Source: Selaginella moellendorffii
Lineage: Eukaryota; Plantae; Lycopodiophyta
Direction of reading: 5' to 3'
NCBI RefSeq assembly: GCF_000143415.4
Contig: NW_003314271.1
Location: forward strand, 682,001 to 746,000
DNA: 64,000 nt
The position numbers and the translations under genes are program-made. Position 1 is the first letter of the stretch. Every line of letters begins with the position of its first letter. Below, piece after piece: positions 11,168-24,400 of this stretch. The notes under the pieces were generated by a model that made no database searches, was not told the DNA's origin, and saw only the letters and a program-made list of their open reading frames with translations.

Positions 11168-11831
11168 AAACAAGTTAATTGTCCTAGTTAGTCACCATTA
11201 TGTCATGATTGATTACTCTCAATCAGTTGTCCTGAATGATTGCTTTAATCAGTTGCCCTGATTGATCGAATTAATTGCCTGATTGATTTCTTACCCTGAT
11301 TGATCAACTTTACTCAGTGTTATTAGGTGTTCAGTTTTACTTGTTTTCATTTACTGGTTTCTGGTTTCTTTATTACATGTTATTATAACTGTGGCTGGTT
11401 TTTCCAAGTTGAATTGTACCGACAATTTTTTCACCTGATATTCAGATAGGCTTAATGAAGTTTGAGAGCTTGAAGCCATACTTTGTTAGGCCAACAACAC
11501 AATACAACATTTGCTGCTGTCAATATCACATGTGTGAAGAGGTGTACACACCAGACTTCTAAATGCCTGGTTTGTAGAGATGGTGACTAGTGTGAAGTGG
11601 AAACCCAAACACCAAATTACTTGCATGAGTTATAAAGGAATGTAGTTTGTGTGGTTGAAGAACCAATCAAGTGGCATTTGTGAGATTGTATTGAAGGACT
11701 ATGTAGCAGCTGTAAAGTAGAGAAGTTTCTTATTTGGTTGAGATCAAGAGTAATAAAGTCACTTGGTGAAAGTTTGAGAATGTGGACAAACCATCAACTG
11801 CTAGGCAAAGGCTACTATGTCAACAAACAGG

Positions 11832-11910
11832 AAACTAGCCAGGAAAGAAACAAGTATTGAGCCCAGTGGAAACCAGCCAGGAAAGAAGTAAGTATTGAGC
11901 CCAATGGAAA
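11832..11910. repeat. Two-copy tandem repeat (~38 bp)
   Basis: AGCCAGGAAAGAA..AAGTATTGAGCCCA.TGGAAA occurs twice head to tail. Confidence 0.75.
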
Positions 11911-12169
11911 TGAACCCATGCGAGCTTTTAGGAACTTTAATGGATAAACTCCCAAAGTTTCTCATTTATAACTTTCAAGCAAAATTATGGCAAGTCTTTA
12001 AAAATAAATATGGAATGAAAAATATTTGGTTGAATCTCCCATGTTTACTCCCCCTAGCCTAATACAATATACCCATCACATGGCTATCTCACATATCTGA
12101 ATAACATGTGTATAGTATAAGTATAAATTTCCAACTGTTGGATTCGAAAAGCATATGTTAGCATATATT

Positions 12170-13080
12170 CTTAATCCAATAACTAGGAGTGATCTGTCAG
12201 ATCCCATTGGGAATATTCCTTATTATGGAATAGTTGATGTTGAATTACATTCTAGTTTGAGTTTGCAATCCTTCAAAATTAGCCATGTCAAACAATCCTT
12301 CCCCAATAGAATGGAATTTTTGACAACATGCTAGAATGAGAAAATTTCCCTTCATATAGATTGTCACTATCACTTGAGGCAAAAGTGTAAGCTCTTGAGG
12401 GGTTTTAGGTCCGACTCTGTTGGTTGGCTAGGGGAATCACACCACATGTTGATTGACATTTAGCAGATTCAATTTACTCCAGGCTAAGCTTGACCCGAAA
12501 AGTAGGGTGTCAAGAGAGTGGGGCTCTCAAGAGAGCTACGGCTTTCAGCTTCCATTCACAAGGGCGTGAACTTGTAGGGAAGTGTAGTGGATTGTAAACA
12601 ACCAAAGAAAACAAATTGAAAGATGGTCTATAGGGTTCAAATATAGAGTGAAAGGGCCTATGAATAAGAATGCACCCCTTTTTTCAATCAGTTAAGGGTT
12701 TTGGGATATTTGGGGTTAAACGTCCTTGGGTTTGAATAATACTATGCTAGGTGATATCTCGGGAAGTCTAAACTCAAGAGCTTACAAAAAATTGCAACTT
12801 CAACTCTTACAAAGAGAACCTTGGGTTAAATAATAAGTTTGTTGAGCTTAGACATTTTCAAGCCTTGGATGCTCTGCACCTCTATATGCAATTTGATCCA
12901 CTCAACATTGCATATAGATGGTGAGAGCTCCATATGGGGCACAACATTGATGAGCAACCAGTAAAGTTTGGGTAGCTTCCACTTTGGATGTGATGTGCTA
13001 TTCAATGCTTGGCTACTCTTAAAGTTTGTGATAGTAGAGTGAACTATAGTCTTAATAAGCATTGTTATTGATAAATGTGT
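12170..13080 (-). pseudogene. Possible decayed LRR-type gene interrupted by the Cassandra copy
   Basis: Fragmentary LRR-like peptides (WKLPKLYWLLI..ELSPSICNV; CLTWLILKDCKL) with stops; weak. Confidence 0.25.
12386..12786 (+). mobile_element. Aberrant Cassandra copy: internal domain + one LTR (12593-12786); the 5' LTR is replaced by an inverted 14-bp LTR end
   Basis: Internal sequence matches 8825-9017; ends TGTAAGCTCTTGAG ... CTCAAGAGCTTACA are perfect inverted repeats; flanks AAAAG / AAAAA. Confidence 0.85.
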
Positions 13081-16000
13081 TTGTTTAGAAATTTAGCGTT
13101 TGCAAATGCATTTTTCATGTTATTACTAGAATCTTTAACTAAATTAAAGAATATTCCTTTCTTTTACCTTTTTTCACTTTCACTGTTCTTGGGCTAAGCA
13201 ATAGAAGATGGGTGAGAGAAAACAAATTGTAGAGGATTGGGGTAAGGACACCATCCTTGGCAAAGCATATACTAATGCTTAGTATTGCTAGATTTGTAAG
13301 TATTGCAATAAAGCGTCATTAGGCACATTTGGGGTGAATCCTAAATGCTATACTAACTTGAAGCTAATCTGGCTTATAGAGACTAAGGGCACCCCTTGTA
13401 AGGAGATTGATCCTAATGATTTAGATTTAGAAGTCACTTAGGAGAGGCTTTTGAAGGTGACAATTATGATCTGAGTGAACCTGTTTGAGGTCACGCAACA
13501 GAATATTTAAATATTTAAAAGATTCTTTTAATATCTTTTTCATTTTTTAGGTTTTTAATGACAAATGCATTTGAAAAATAATTTAACATTTGTAAATGCT
13601 CAATAAGTATGCTAGTACATATGATAGGGATCAAATCTCTAGCTTCGGTCTTAGTGTCAAAGATAGGATACAGAATGATCAACTCATATGAAAGGAGCTA
13701 GACCAAATCTGGGACATAGATAAGGTGGATGCAATGTGGTAGCATTGTCATAAAATGAAGAAAGATTTCTTTTCCTACAAAATTGGTGATTGCTTTCGAG
13801 ATACTTTACTTGAAATTTATAAATGAGTTTTTTATAGGTGTCATTAATAATAAAGTGGGTATAGGCTTTACAAAAGCTTTTACATAGAAGCTTTTGGATA
13901 AAGGCCTGGTCAATTAGAAGGAATACTTGGAACAATGTGTAAAGCCCTCACAAAAGATTCCAAAGTGAAGAGTTTGGCAAGCAAAATGCTAAACTTAGGC
14001 AACTGCTAGTAATAATAAACTTGACATGATGAGCTTGTGGAAAACAATATTTTTATCAATCTATCATTATTTGAGAGGAAGTGAAGGTGTCTTTAGACAA
14101 AGCAAAATTGGTGGTTGAAGAAAAGCATTAAATTATAATTGAAGCAAAAGGAACATTTTATAAGGAATCAAAGCTTTTCAAGATGAAATAAGATAATGTT
14201 TTAGCAAAGTAAGTAACAGTTAGAAGAAGCAAGTAAAAAATTGGAACCAATTGACAAATGTCAAAGCAAGCTAAGCAATTGATCAAGGATTGTGAGCCTA
14301 TGCTTTAGTTTTGTTATGCATTTTGGAGTATAACTCCAGCAAAAGATATGTGAGTTATAATTTTGATTGTAATTATTTCATTGGTTTTGAATTTTGATTA
14401 CAAGCCATTTAACACTAGATTACTAGTTCCTTTTCCTATTTTTTTAGTTTTTAGTTTCCATTTTTAAGTTTTCTACTTTTAACATCTTCTACTCTTTCTT
14501 ACTCTCAAATACCTCATAAATTAATAGCCCCTGAAACAAATAAAAACAATACTTGTGCAAAACAAAGGTATCTCCACCAAATGACTTCCAACTCCTACAT
14601 ATAATTATTAGTCATCTATGTCATAAATAATTATATAATCTATTATTGTAGAATCTTTGTGATAAATATAATAAAATATATAAGGATGCTATGTTGGACA
14701 TCTAAAGATTTGACTAATACTTTTGAGTACATTTGAGTCTCACCATTAAGTGTGTTGTTACTAAATAATAAAATTGCACATTAGAAGAGAATGTGGCTCA
14801 TGTGTTGGTAAACAACAAAGATTGCAAAAAGACATGCACTATATTACTTAATTCAAATTTATAAACAATTTAGTAATCAATTTTTTCTTCTCTATGATAT
14901 TGGTGATGGCTAATGTAGCTTAGACAAGACTGCATATTACCATTGCAAAACAACTTCTCCATGTGAAGAATTAGAGGTAAAAGTCAAGTAAAGGTCGGGT
15001 ATTGTGGTAATTATTGATGTAATTAAGATAAAAGGTCATGACTTTAGATGATGTCAAAGTTGTAGCAATTATATCAATTTTGATTAGTATCTACTCTTGC
15101 ATAAATTTCTTAGCTTCCTCCATTGAATTGAGCCCTTTCAACTCTAGATTAAGATATGTGTCAATTGACAACATAAAATGCTAAAGAAGTTAGTGAAGAT
15201 CAAGAAAAAGATGTATTCTAACTTGTGCATTTATATTTAGCTAGCATGAGTAAATTTTTGGAATACATCCCTTCCTTACTCCATAGTATTTACAACTTGT
15301 GTTACTCTTGAGATCACAACTTGTGGGTTTATAAAAAGTTAACAATCTTCAAATAATACTCTAATCAAGTTTTAAGATTGCTAAAAGCATCTTTGACACT
15401 CGTTTATACCATTTATGAGTGAAATAACCTTTAATTGATCTGACAGTTAAATCCCACGAGTAAATTTTCTAAGGTCAAAATATTTTGGCCAGTCAAAAAT
15501 TTTCTTTCAACAGAGTTCCCATTGGGAATAATTGCTACTCAATGGACACTATTTTTCCTATTGAAGCACCCATGAGCACCTCCTAATAGGTCTAAATTTC
15601 TTTTTATTTCCTGTTGGCGGAAATTCTTTTGACAGATATTATTAATGGGATAAAGTTCATAACATAAATCAAATATACTCTTAATAGGATGTTTTTTCAA
15701 AGTTTCTTCCCTCTAGGCTAAATGCTATAGGAAATAAATTGGTCATATTTTTTGGTTAATAAGAAAGATGCCATTCCTAATGTGTGTTTGGTCAATTTGA
15801 AAAATATATTTGAGTCTATAGGGCCTTCAAATCTAAATAATAAAATTATTGGTTATGTTTTGTTTTTGTGAGTTGCAAATTCATTTGCAATTGATTTTAG
15901 TTTCTCTTACTAATTTACAAAACTTGCACATGGTTATGGCCAAACAGGTTGTGGAGCTTATCAGGATGCCTGTTTGTGGGGCAATACTTCATCATGATGC

Positions 16001-16310
16001 TGCTTTTAACATTTGAATTTTTTGAAGGTTTCTCCTTTATCTTTTTTATCTCTACTATTTTAGGCAAATTTCATGGCAAGGATGCTATGTCGAATCTAAT
16101 TTGAGGTTGTGCACTCTAGTAGCAATTGGGGATCCAACTTTCTTCTAAATTTTTTCTTATAGCAAGAATTAATTTTAAGGAACTTTGATATCTATCTTTA
16201 TCAATTTTTTTTTGACTTTTTACTTTCTAAAGAGTACAGCTCGATTAAATATTAGCCATTAGAAATTGAGAATATTAATACATCTCAATATATATATTTT
16301 ATATATATAC

Positions 16311-16392
16311 TCCATAAAGTCATAAGACCATGTATAGGGCTAGTGCATCGGTGAAGGATGGTGATTTGATGATAAGAAAACTAGCAACTGAA

Positions 16393-16437
<45 letters not shown>

Positions 16438-16561
16438 CATATATATACAATCATTCACTAGGCTTCAATTGGTAGCTTTCTTGTAAACAGATCACCATCC
16501 TTCACCTCCCTACACTAGGTAGGCATCACTAGTCCCATTCACGGTCTTACAACTTTGTGGA
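16311..16561. mobile_element. MITE-like long inverted repeat around a (TA)n microsatellite
   Basis: Left arm TCCATAAAGTCATAAGACC..GGTGAAGGATGGTGAT..TGAAGC pairs with right arm GCTTCA..ATCACCATCCTTCACC..GGTCTTACAACTTTGTGGA; TA runs in the centre and on both flanks. Confidence 0.7.
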
Positions 16562-17083
16562 ATATATATTTATATACTATAAGCTTATACACAATTATAG
16601 CAAAATAAAATGTGGGGAAATAAAAATACACTAACTAATAGAATGCCTTTTATTAAATAAAACTTCTCTCAATCATTATTCTAGTGATCGATAAAAAAAG
16701 ATATTTATATTTTAAGGATATTTAATAAAACTTTCTTAGTAAAAATAGGTATTATACAGTTGAAGCAAGAGCTTGAATATTCGTATAACAATAATATTTA
16801 AATTTTTGGACTAACAAATAAAAATTACAAATCTTTTATTTAATATAGTTAACTCAATATTATACAAGTTACTATTACAAAATAATTAAAATAAAAAAAT
16901 CTTAAATCGATTTTTTATTTAGTTTCTTTTTTTGTTTTTATATTTTTCCTAATTTGGTACACTGTACATGTGAAAAATTCATCTATAATATAAATTTTAT
17001 TTTTATTTTATAATAAATAATATAAATAATAGTAATATAAATAACAAGTCCTTATAATATAAGTTAAATATCAATAATTGTTT

Positions 17084-17998
17084 TTATATACAATTCATTG
17101 AATTTGAAGACCATGAAGCAGTTATAGAGTCATACTATGAAACAGGTAAAACATAAAGTACGATATTACAATCGTTTTGAATTGATAAAAATGATGGTAC
17201 TATACATCCTTCCACTCCACAATATGTATTAGTATGCCAAATACTTTGTACTTCATTATAGATTACCAAATTTCCATCTGATTGTAATATAATTTTACAA
17301 AGTAACCCTTTACCATTTGTTCTTGATGACCATTTTGCAATATTACCATAATAAAGTACTAAATTACAATCATTTTGCATTATAAGCTTGTAAATAGTAT
17401 TTGGTGAATATAAAGATTGTCTTATATCTTTTGATGAATGAGAGTTATGTGGAAACCAACTAAATAAAGTAGTTTGACTTATTGAACCACAAAAGATATC
17501 TTCTCCATCTATGTTATTGTTTGAGGTTTTTATTATATAGTTTTTAAGATTTTTTAATTCATCTCTTCTGTTTTGAACTGTATACTCTAACGAGTAACCA
17601 ACCGAACTTGATTTAAAATAGCCTGCACAAGCTGTTAATAATACACTCATAGAATTTGCCAAAAGTCTTTGAAAACCAAGTCTTGCAGATCCTCCAGATA
17701 CAGTATTTAAAACTACAGGATTTCCTCCACACAAATTTCCTTGATTATGATTGTGAATATGAAAAACAACCAAAACTCTTTGATTATTTGGAATAGGAAA
17801 GATAGCACTGCATGGGAGACCACGTGAGTATCTTTCTGATAAAGCAAATACTACTGGAATAATTTCTTGAATCCTAGATATTATGAATTGAGCAGTGACA
17901 ACTGTTAATGTTGATTCATCACTAGCTTCATATCCAAAAATGCTTAAACAAAATTCAAGATATAATGCAAAAAATAATAAGTATATCCAAAATTTCAT
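17084..17998 (-). CDS. Secreted protein: unknown N-terminal domain + C-terminal bulb-type (GNA) mannose-binding lectin domain; probable premature TAG at 17135-17137
   Basis: Hydrophobic signal peptide; three QxDxNxVxY motifs (QNDCNLVLY, QSDGNLVIY, QNDCNIVLY) plus WSSRT and WHTNT; the frame continues after TAG as YDSITASWSSNSMNCI* (stop 17084-17086). Confidence 0.8.
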
Positions 17999-18575
17999 TT
18001 CTTGATTGCAATTTTAGAATTTATTTCTACTTCTCTAGCTTTCATATAGTTTATAAAGTCAACCAATCATTTTTCTTACAGTTGGATAGATAGAGATTTA
18101 ATATAATATCAGTATTTAATTAGATAAATCATTATAATGTTTGACTTTTGATATGATAATTTGAAATGTACTTTGTAAACGATTTTTTAAAACTTGTGAT
18201 TCTTGGTTCTTGTAAAACTTGTGCTACTTGGTAGTACGTGTCACGCCTAGCTCAGTCAATAGATGAGTTGACTTCGATTGTATTTAAAGCTTCGTAAAAT
18301 GCAGTAGAAATCTGTCCGTCTAAAGTTGTTTTTGGTGCTAGATTTGCGCATGAAGTAAATTATAATAGACTAAAGTTGTTCAACTTCATAGGTGGTTATC
18401 CAACTTTTTACTATGTCACATTCTCGTACATAAAATCGCAACAAAGAGGCCTAGACTTGTACAGCACAAATCGCAAACTGGATCAAGGTGAGCTTGCTCC
18501 AAGAACAAAGGTTGAAGAAAACTCCATGCTGTCGTCCAGGTCAGCGCCACGCTAGCCCTAGATGCTGCCGCGTGT

Positions 18576-20555
18576 ATGCGTTGTGTCGCTCTCGAGGAGC
18601 CAGAGAATGCGATCGCGCGCGTTGTTCTTCACTGCCGGAGCTCCGGAGGTGAGCCAACGCTCGCGCGTCTCTCCGATGATCCTCGCCACCGGTGGAGCTG
18701 CTACCTGGGCAATCAGGCCTATGGCCGGTGTGACCGCCCCAATCGATCCTGGGGCGCGTTTGCGGCCATGGAGCAGCGCAATCTCTTCTCCTGGACGATT
18801 GCAATGGCGGCGCTGTCCCAGAATGGGGAGATCCATTGCGCCAAGGCGGTGTTTGATCTCATGCCAATGAGGGATCTCTACGCCTGGAACGTGATGCTCT
18901 CTGCTATCCACGAGAACGATTCGCTGGATGCCCTGGTGGATGCTTTCACGAGAATGCCGGAGAGAGATCCAGTCTCGTGGAACGTAATGGTTGCAGCATT
19001 TGCCCAGAACGGGCAAATGCTCCAAGCCATGGACTTGTTCTTGCGGATGCCTCGCAGGAATGTGATCTCCTGGACAACTATGATTGGAGCTTTGAGCGAT
19101 TGCGAGGCCGGACGCCACGATCTAAAACTCGATGCAATCGTGTTCTTCGATCGAATGCCGCAGAGGAACATTGTGTCTTGGACAGCCATGGTCCATGCCA
19201 GCGCCTCGGCGGATCGGCTGGAAGAGGCGAGAATTCTCTTCGATTCAATGCCTGCGCGCAATCTCGTTTCTTGGAACGTCTTTCTGGCTGGATCGAAGGA
19301 CCTCTCGATCGAGACGCTCGAGAAGATCCCGGCCAAGGACTCTGTGACGCTCAAGACGATCATGAATTGGTACTGCCAGACTGGAAGAACCGCCGACGCT
19401 AAAGCCCTCTTCGATCGATTGCCCGAGAGGGATGTCATGTCATGGACGTGTATGATCCAAGCGAATTCTTGTCAGCTCGATCGAGCCAAGTTTGCCTTCG
19501 ATCTAATGCCGGCATGGAGCGTGGTCTCCATGAATTCCATGGCGGCGGTGTTTGTGAGCCATGGAGAACTTGCTAAAGCAAAAAAGCACTTTGATGTTGG
19601 ACTGGAGAGGAACGTCGTGAGCTGGACCGCGATGATCCAGGCGTTCGATCGAGCCGGAGAGGTGGAAGCAGCGCAGAGAGCTTTCGATCTAATGCCCTCC
19701 TGGGACGAGATCTGCTGGCTGGCGATCCTGGCCGCGAATTCCTCGGATCCGGAAGCGGTCCAGCGCCTGTTCTTCCGTGCGCCGGCTAGATCCGTCCTGG
19801 CATGGAACGCTCTCCTCTCAGCCATCGCACACAGCGGCGGAGCACCGATCGAGGAAACAAAGAGGGTCTTCGATCTGATGCCGGAGCACGACGCCGGATC
19901 GTGGAATGTCTTGATCGCGATCGAGGCAGAGGAGATCGGATCCAGCAAAGTTTTCTCCCACTCTTCTCCTGAGAGAAACGCTCTCTCCTGGGAAGCGCTC
20001 TTGCAAGGTACGGCAAAGTACGGGGACCTCTACGGCACAATGTCCGTACTGGAAAAGATGCCGGCGTGGAGCCTCCTCTCGTGGAATCTAGCTCTTGCAG
20101 CAAATGCCCGCTCCGGGCATTTGGCTAGCCTACGGAGAATATTCTCTACAATGCCGGAACGAGACACGGTATCTTTTGGCACCGCGCTCGCGGCATTTGC
20201 CCACAGCGGGCACGGCACCGACGGCATCCTCCTCTTCCACATCATGCTCCTCGAGGGTATGGCGCCCAGCGATATTTGCTTCGTCCACCTCTTGGTAGCC
20301 TGCAACCACGTCGGCCTCCTTCACGAGGGATTGTGTGTGTTCTCGGGCATGGCCGGCGATCACGGGGTGGCACCCGGGCTCGAGCACTTTTGCTGCGTGG
20401 TGGACATCATGGGAAAGGCCGGGAGGCTGGAATATGCCCGCTGCCTGCTGGAGAATATGCCGTTCGTACCCGATGACGTGGCGTGGGGGAGCTTGTACGG
20501 CGCGTGTGTCGTTCACGGTGACGTGGAGGGTGCCAGGGCACCATCGAACTGGTGA
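18576..20555 (+). CDS. PLS-class pentatricopeptide repeat protein with partial E domain
   Basis: Repeated F..MP.R..VSW..M motifs; C-terminal HFCCVVDIMGKAGRLEYA..MPFVPDDVAWGSLYGAC; intronless. Confidence 0.92.
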   Translation: MRCVALEEPENAIARVVLHCRSSGGEPTLARLSDDPRHRWSCYLGNQAYGRCDRPNRSWGAFAAMEQRNLFSWTIAMAALSQNGEIHCAKAVFDLMPMRDLYAWNVMLSAIHENDSLDALVDAFTRMPERDPVSWNVMVAAFAQNGQMLQAMDLFLRMPRRNVISWTTMIGALSDCEAGRHDLKLDAIVFFDRMPQRNIVSWTAMVHASASADRLEEARILFDSMPARNLVSWNVFLAGSKDLSIETLEKIPAKDSVTLKTIMNWYCQTGRTADAKALFDRLPERDVMSWTCMIQANSCQLDRAKFAFDLMPAWSVVSMNSMAAVFVSHGELAKAKKHFDVGLERNVVSWTAMIQAFDRAGEVEAAQRAFDLMPSWDEICWLAILAANSSDPEAVQRLFFRAPARSVLAWNALLSAIAHSGGAPIEETKRVFDLMPEHDAGSWNVLIAIEAEEIGSSKVFSHSSPERNALSWEALLQGTAKYGDLYGTMSVLEKMPAWSLLSWNLALAANARSGHLASLRRIFSTMPERDTVSFGTALAAFAHSGHGTDGILLFHIMLLEGMAPSDICFVHLLVACNHVGLLHEGLCVFSGMAGDHGVAPGLEHFCCVVDIMGKAGRLEYARCLLENMPFVPDDVAWGSLYGACVVHGDVEGARAPSNW

Positions 20556-21445
20556 CGTGGATGCTGACGTGTTTGTTACAAGTCAGCATTATTGTGCCAG
20601 GTCAGCATTCGCTGCGAGGTTGGACTCCAACTCAGCAGTGGCGTGGAGGCCGGCATTCAACGCGGTCAGCTTTGACTCTAATCAAATCGAAGAGATCATG
20701 TTGTGATGTTTCCCATGACGCCGCCGCTACACACTTGATTTAAATTTCTTTCTCTTGATAGCCTACAATCCTTTCACGTGTAGGATTTTTTCCATGTATT
20801 TCATTTGATACCCCGGCGCGCGGCGATGGATGGATCACACAAGTCAATCAGTGGGCAATAGAAAATCCGGGGCATGTTAGCGTTAGCTGTTGCTTTGGCT
20901 TGTTCCATCCCCACGTGGATATTCCCTCCCGGCCATCTCCCGCCGTTGGATGGGATCCCGCCACCGTTGGATCTAGGGCTCTTGGTGGTGCACGGTCTTT
21001 GAGAATGGAGGGGCAAACCACGCGTATTCATTCTCTCATTCATTCGTCGCAGAGGAAAGATGGGAAAACGGAACGATTGCCGGCTCGAATCCTGTGAAAA
21101 TTCCCCACTTTTTTGCCTGGCTTTCCCTTTTTTTGCTTTTTTTTTCTATCGCTCTGTTCTTGGCTACTCACGACACGGATCGCGACCCCTAAATTCAGTT
21201 GAGTCAGAGAGGCGAAAGAGGTGCTCCATCAATGTGGGCTTCCGTGCTTCCAATCCAAAAATCTCCTCCATTTCCTCTTCCAATTTTCCAATTTCAATCT
21301 CTCTCTCGTTTTCGCGTACTTTGGAGCGATGATTGATGGGGCACAGCGAGCAGAGAAGTCCCTGTCGGAGATTGATTGAGAGGTTTGACTGATTCGGGAG
21401 GGAAGATTTGGAAAAATTCCCATTCCTTCCACGAATCGATCGAGA

Positions 21446-24400
21446 ATGGGTGCTTTGGGGGTGGGAGGAGCGATGCATTCGATCTTCTCCAGCTGCACCG
21501 GGAGTGTTTGCGTGACCGTGGACGATCGCCAGGAGCGTGCGTTATCGAATCGCCATCAGTCTAGGAGCAGTGGCGTGGGATGTCCTTCGTCGCGATCGGG
21601 CAATGTGGTTCTCGTGGCGATGGATGCGCTGAGCGGCGATGGCGGCGCCGTCGTGCTCCAGGAGCACGCGCTGCGATGGGCGGCGAGGAATGTGGTTCGA
21701 TCGGGCGATTGGCTCTACGTCGTGGCTATCTATCGCCGGGATCAGGGATTTGGGCGCAAGCTCTGGCATTGCGATGATTCTCGCAGTGGCGACGGGGAAT
21801 TCGTGGGCTGCCGCCATCGCCCTCGCCCTCCTCGCCATCGCGATCCGAGGGAGCAAAGGATCAAGGATTCGTGCACGCTTCTGGCTAGCAGGCTCTGTGA
21901 CACCTCCAAGGTGAATCCAATCGAGCGATTGATCTCCAATCCATTCTGACCTGCGCTTGTTTTGCTCGCTGTTCCAGATCAATCTCAAGGTGAAGACGAC
22001 CCCATGGTGGAGAGGGATTGTGGTCGAAGAGGCCAACAAGCTCCAAGCTTCGTGGGTTGTTCTTGAGAGGTGCGTATATTCTGTGACCGTTTGAGCATAT
22101 TCTGTGAGAAGAATATGCTTGTTTTAAAACCTTGGGATTTTGAAGAACCCTAGCTCTTCCAGGTCTTTGCGAAAGGAGGGCAAATGGTGCGCCCGCGGCT
22201 GCCGATCCAACGTTGTCGTGGTCAGCCAGGTCGGTTTCCGGGTGCTGTGCCTGAATCTCAAGAATGCCGCGGCGGCGATCGCTTCCTCGTCGTCGTCCTC
22301 GATGCTCGGATTGCCGTCGTCGAAGAAGCGAGTGATATTCTCGACTGGCGATGGCGCGGCTGCCGCGGATTTCGAAGGGAATGAGGAAGAGGCGAGCAGT
22401 AGCCCAGAGATCGAGACGCCGTTCAGCGTGACCGAGCGCGGAAGCAGCAGCTCATCGTCGACCTCGAGCTCAGAGCACGATCGTGCTGTCGGATTCTCTT
22501 GCACTGGCGGGGCCAAGAAGAAGATCGCTACTGCTGCCGCAACCGATAGCGTGATTTCATCCGACACCAAGAAAAATTGCCTAGGTGAGTCTTCCTTATT
22601 TCTTCGTGATTTATAGCGATCAAGAACTTTCCATATGTTTTAGACGAGCGGTTGTTCTCCCAGACGAGATCCATACTCTCCGACGCTGAGAACTACATCA
22701 AATGCAGGCCCGGGCTTGACAGCGCCACAACTCCAGACATTTCAGAGCGCTTCTCCGCGTTACAAGTCGAGAGCTATGGGAAGAGTCCCAGGAAGAACGC
22801 CAGGCACGTCTCCCAGCGATCGTCCGAGGGCTTGCTTCCAATCGAGGAAGCGGAGGCTCCGTCGGTGTCAAACCAGCACCGCAACCAACAAGCAGACGAT
22901 CATCGACTACTGGAGAGAACTTCGAGCGTCCGACAGGCGGTCGCTTTACCACTGAAACGCTCGCTAGCCGGTTCGCCGCCTTTGTGTTCTATCTGCCAAC
23001 ATGCCTCTCCAGTCTTCGGCAGGCCTCCTCGTCGATTCAGCTACAGCGAGCTCGAGTTCGCTACCGGGGGATTTTGCAAGGCAAACTTTCTCGCGGAGGG
23101 TGGCTATGGCTCGGTCCACAGGGGTGTTCTTGGGGACGGGATTCCCGTGGCTGTGAAGCAGTACAAACTGGCTAGCTCGCAAGGTGACTTGGAGTTTTGC
23201 TCCGAGGTGGAAGTCCTGAGCTGCGCGCAGCACCGAAACGTGGTGATGCTGATCGGATACTGCATCGAGAGAAAGCGAAGGTTGCTTGTCTACGAGTTTA
23301 TCTGCAATGGCTCGCTCGATTCTCATATCTATGGTATGTCCTTTTTTATGTGGTCGCTGTTTCGTGAGCTTGATGTTTTTTGCTTTTGTGGATTGCTTAG
23401 GTGTGACCAAGCCCCCGCTGAAATGGTCATCGAGGCACAAGATAGCCGTTGGAGCTGCTCGGGGATTGCGTTACTTGCACGAAGAATGCCGTGTTGGTTG
23501 CATCGTCCACAGGGACATGCGTCCAAACAATATTCTTCTGACACACGACTTTGAGCCCATGGTTAGTGCTTTGTCTACGTTTGCGTGTCTGCCGTCGTGC
23601 GTTACGTTTATCTGATACGTGAGATTAAACAGGTCGGCGACTTTGGACTCGCGAGGTGGCAGCCAGACGGTGATCTGGGCGTAGAAACGCGAGTAATTGG
23701 CACGTTTGGGTACGTAGACCACATTGTTTTAAAAACTCTCCTCGTGTTCATGGGAGCGAGAATGGTGTTGCAGTTACTTGGCCCCAGAGTACGCGCAAAC
23801 GGGCCACATAACGGAAAAAGCTGATGTATTCTCGTTTGGCGTTGTTCTTTTGGAGCTTGTCACCGGCCGCAAAGCCATTGATATCTCACGACCAAGGGGA
23901 CAGCAATGTCTCACAGAGTGGGTAAGCTAAGATTGGTTCTAGTTGGCAGCTCTTTAATCTGACTATACAGGCACGTCCATTGCTAGAAGAACAGTCTCAT
24001 CACGAGCTCATCGATCCGGCGCTAGTGAATGAGCTTAACCAGTACGAGGCTTACTGCACGTTGTTTGCGGCCTCCTTGTGTATCCAACGCGACGCACACT
24101 TGAGACCTCGCATGTCACAGGTAAGTCAAGTCTTCTCCGAGGAAAACTGATATTCTCTCGCAAATGCGCAGGTGCTACGAATGCTCGAAGGCGATCTAAA
24201 TCTCAGCCGAAACTCGTCCCCGATGCGATCACGCCTGACTTACTCCCCGCACTCCTCGTCCAAGAACAGCGTGAGATCGATGAGCCCCGCGAAGAGTAGG
24301 CTCTTCCCGGGAGCTCTAGACAGCGTTGTCAACAGCTTCATGTCCGCCCACCCCATCGTCGTTTGCAACACAAAGCTCTCCCACGAAGCTCTCAAGGCCG

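Noticed and set aside
8616-12786. CRISPR-like or other regular repeat array
   Set aside because: Repeats are ~195-bp LTRs with irregular spacing in a eukaryotic context
13100-16250. Possible decayed gene or transposase
   Set aside because: Stops in all frames and no motif I can assign
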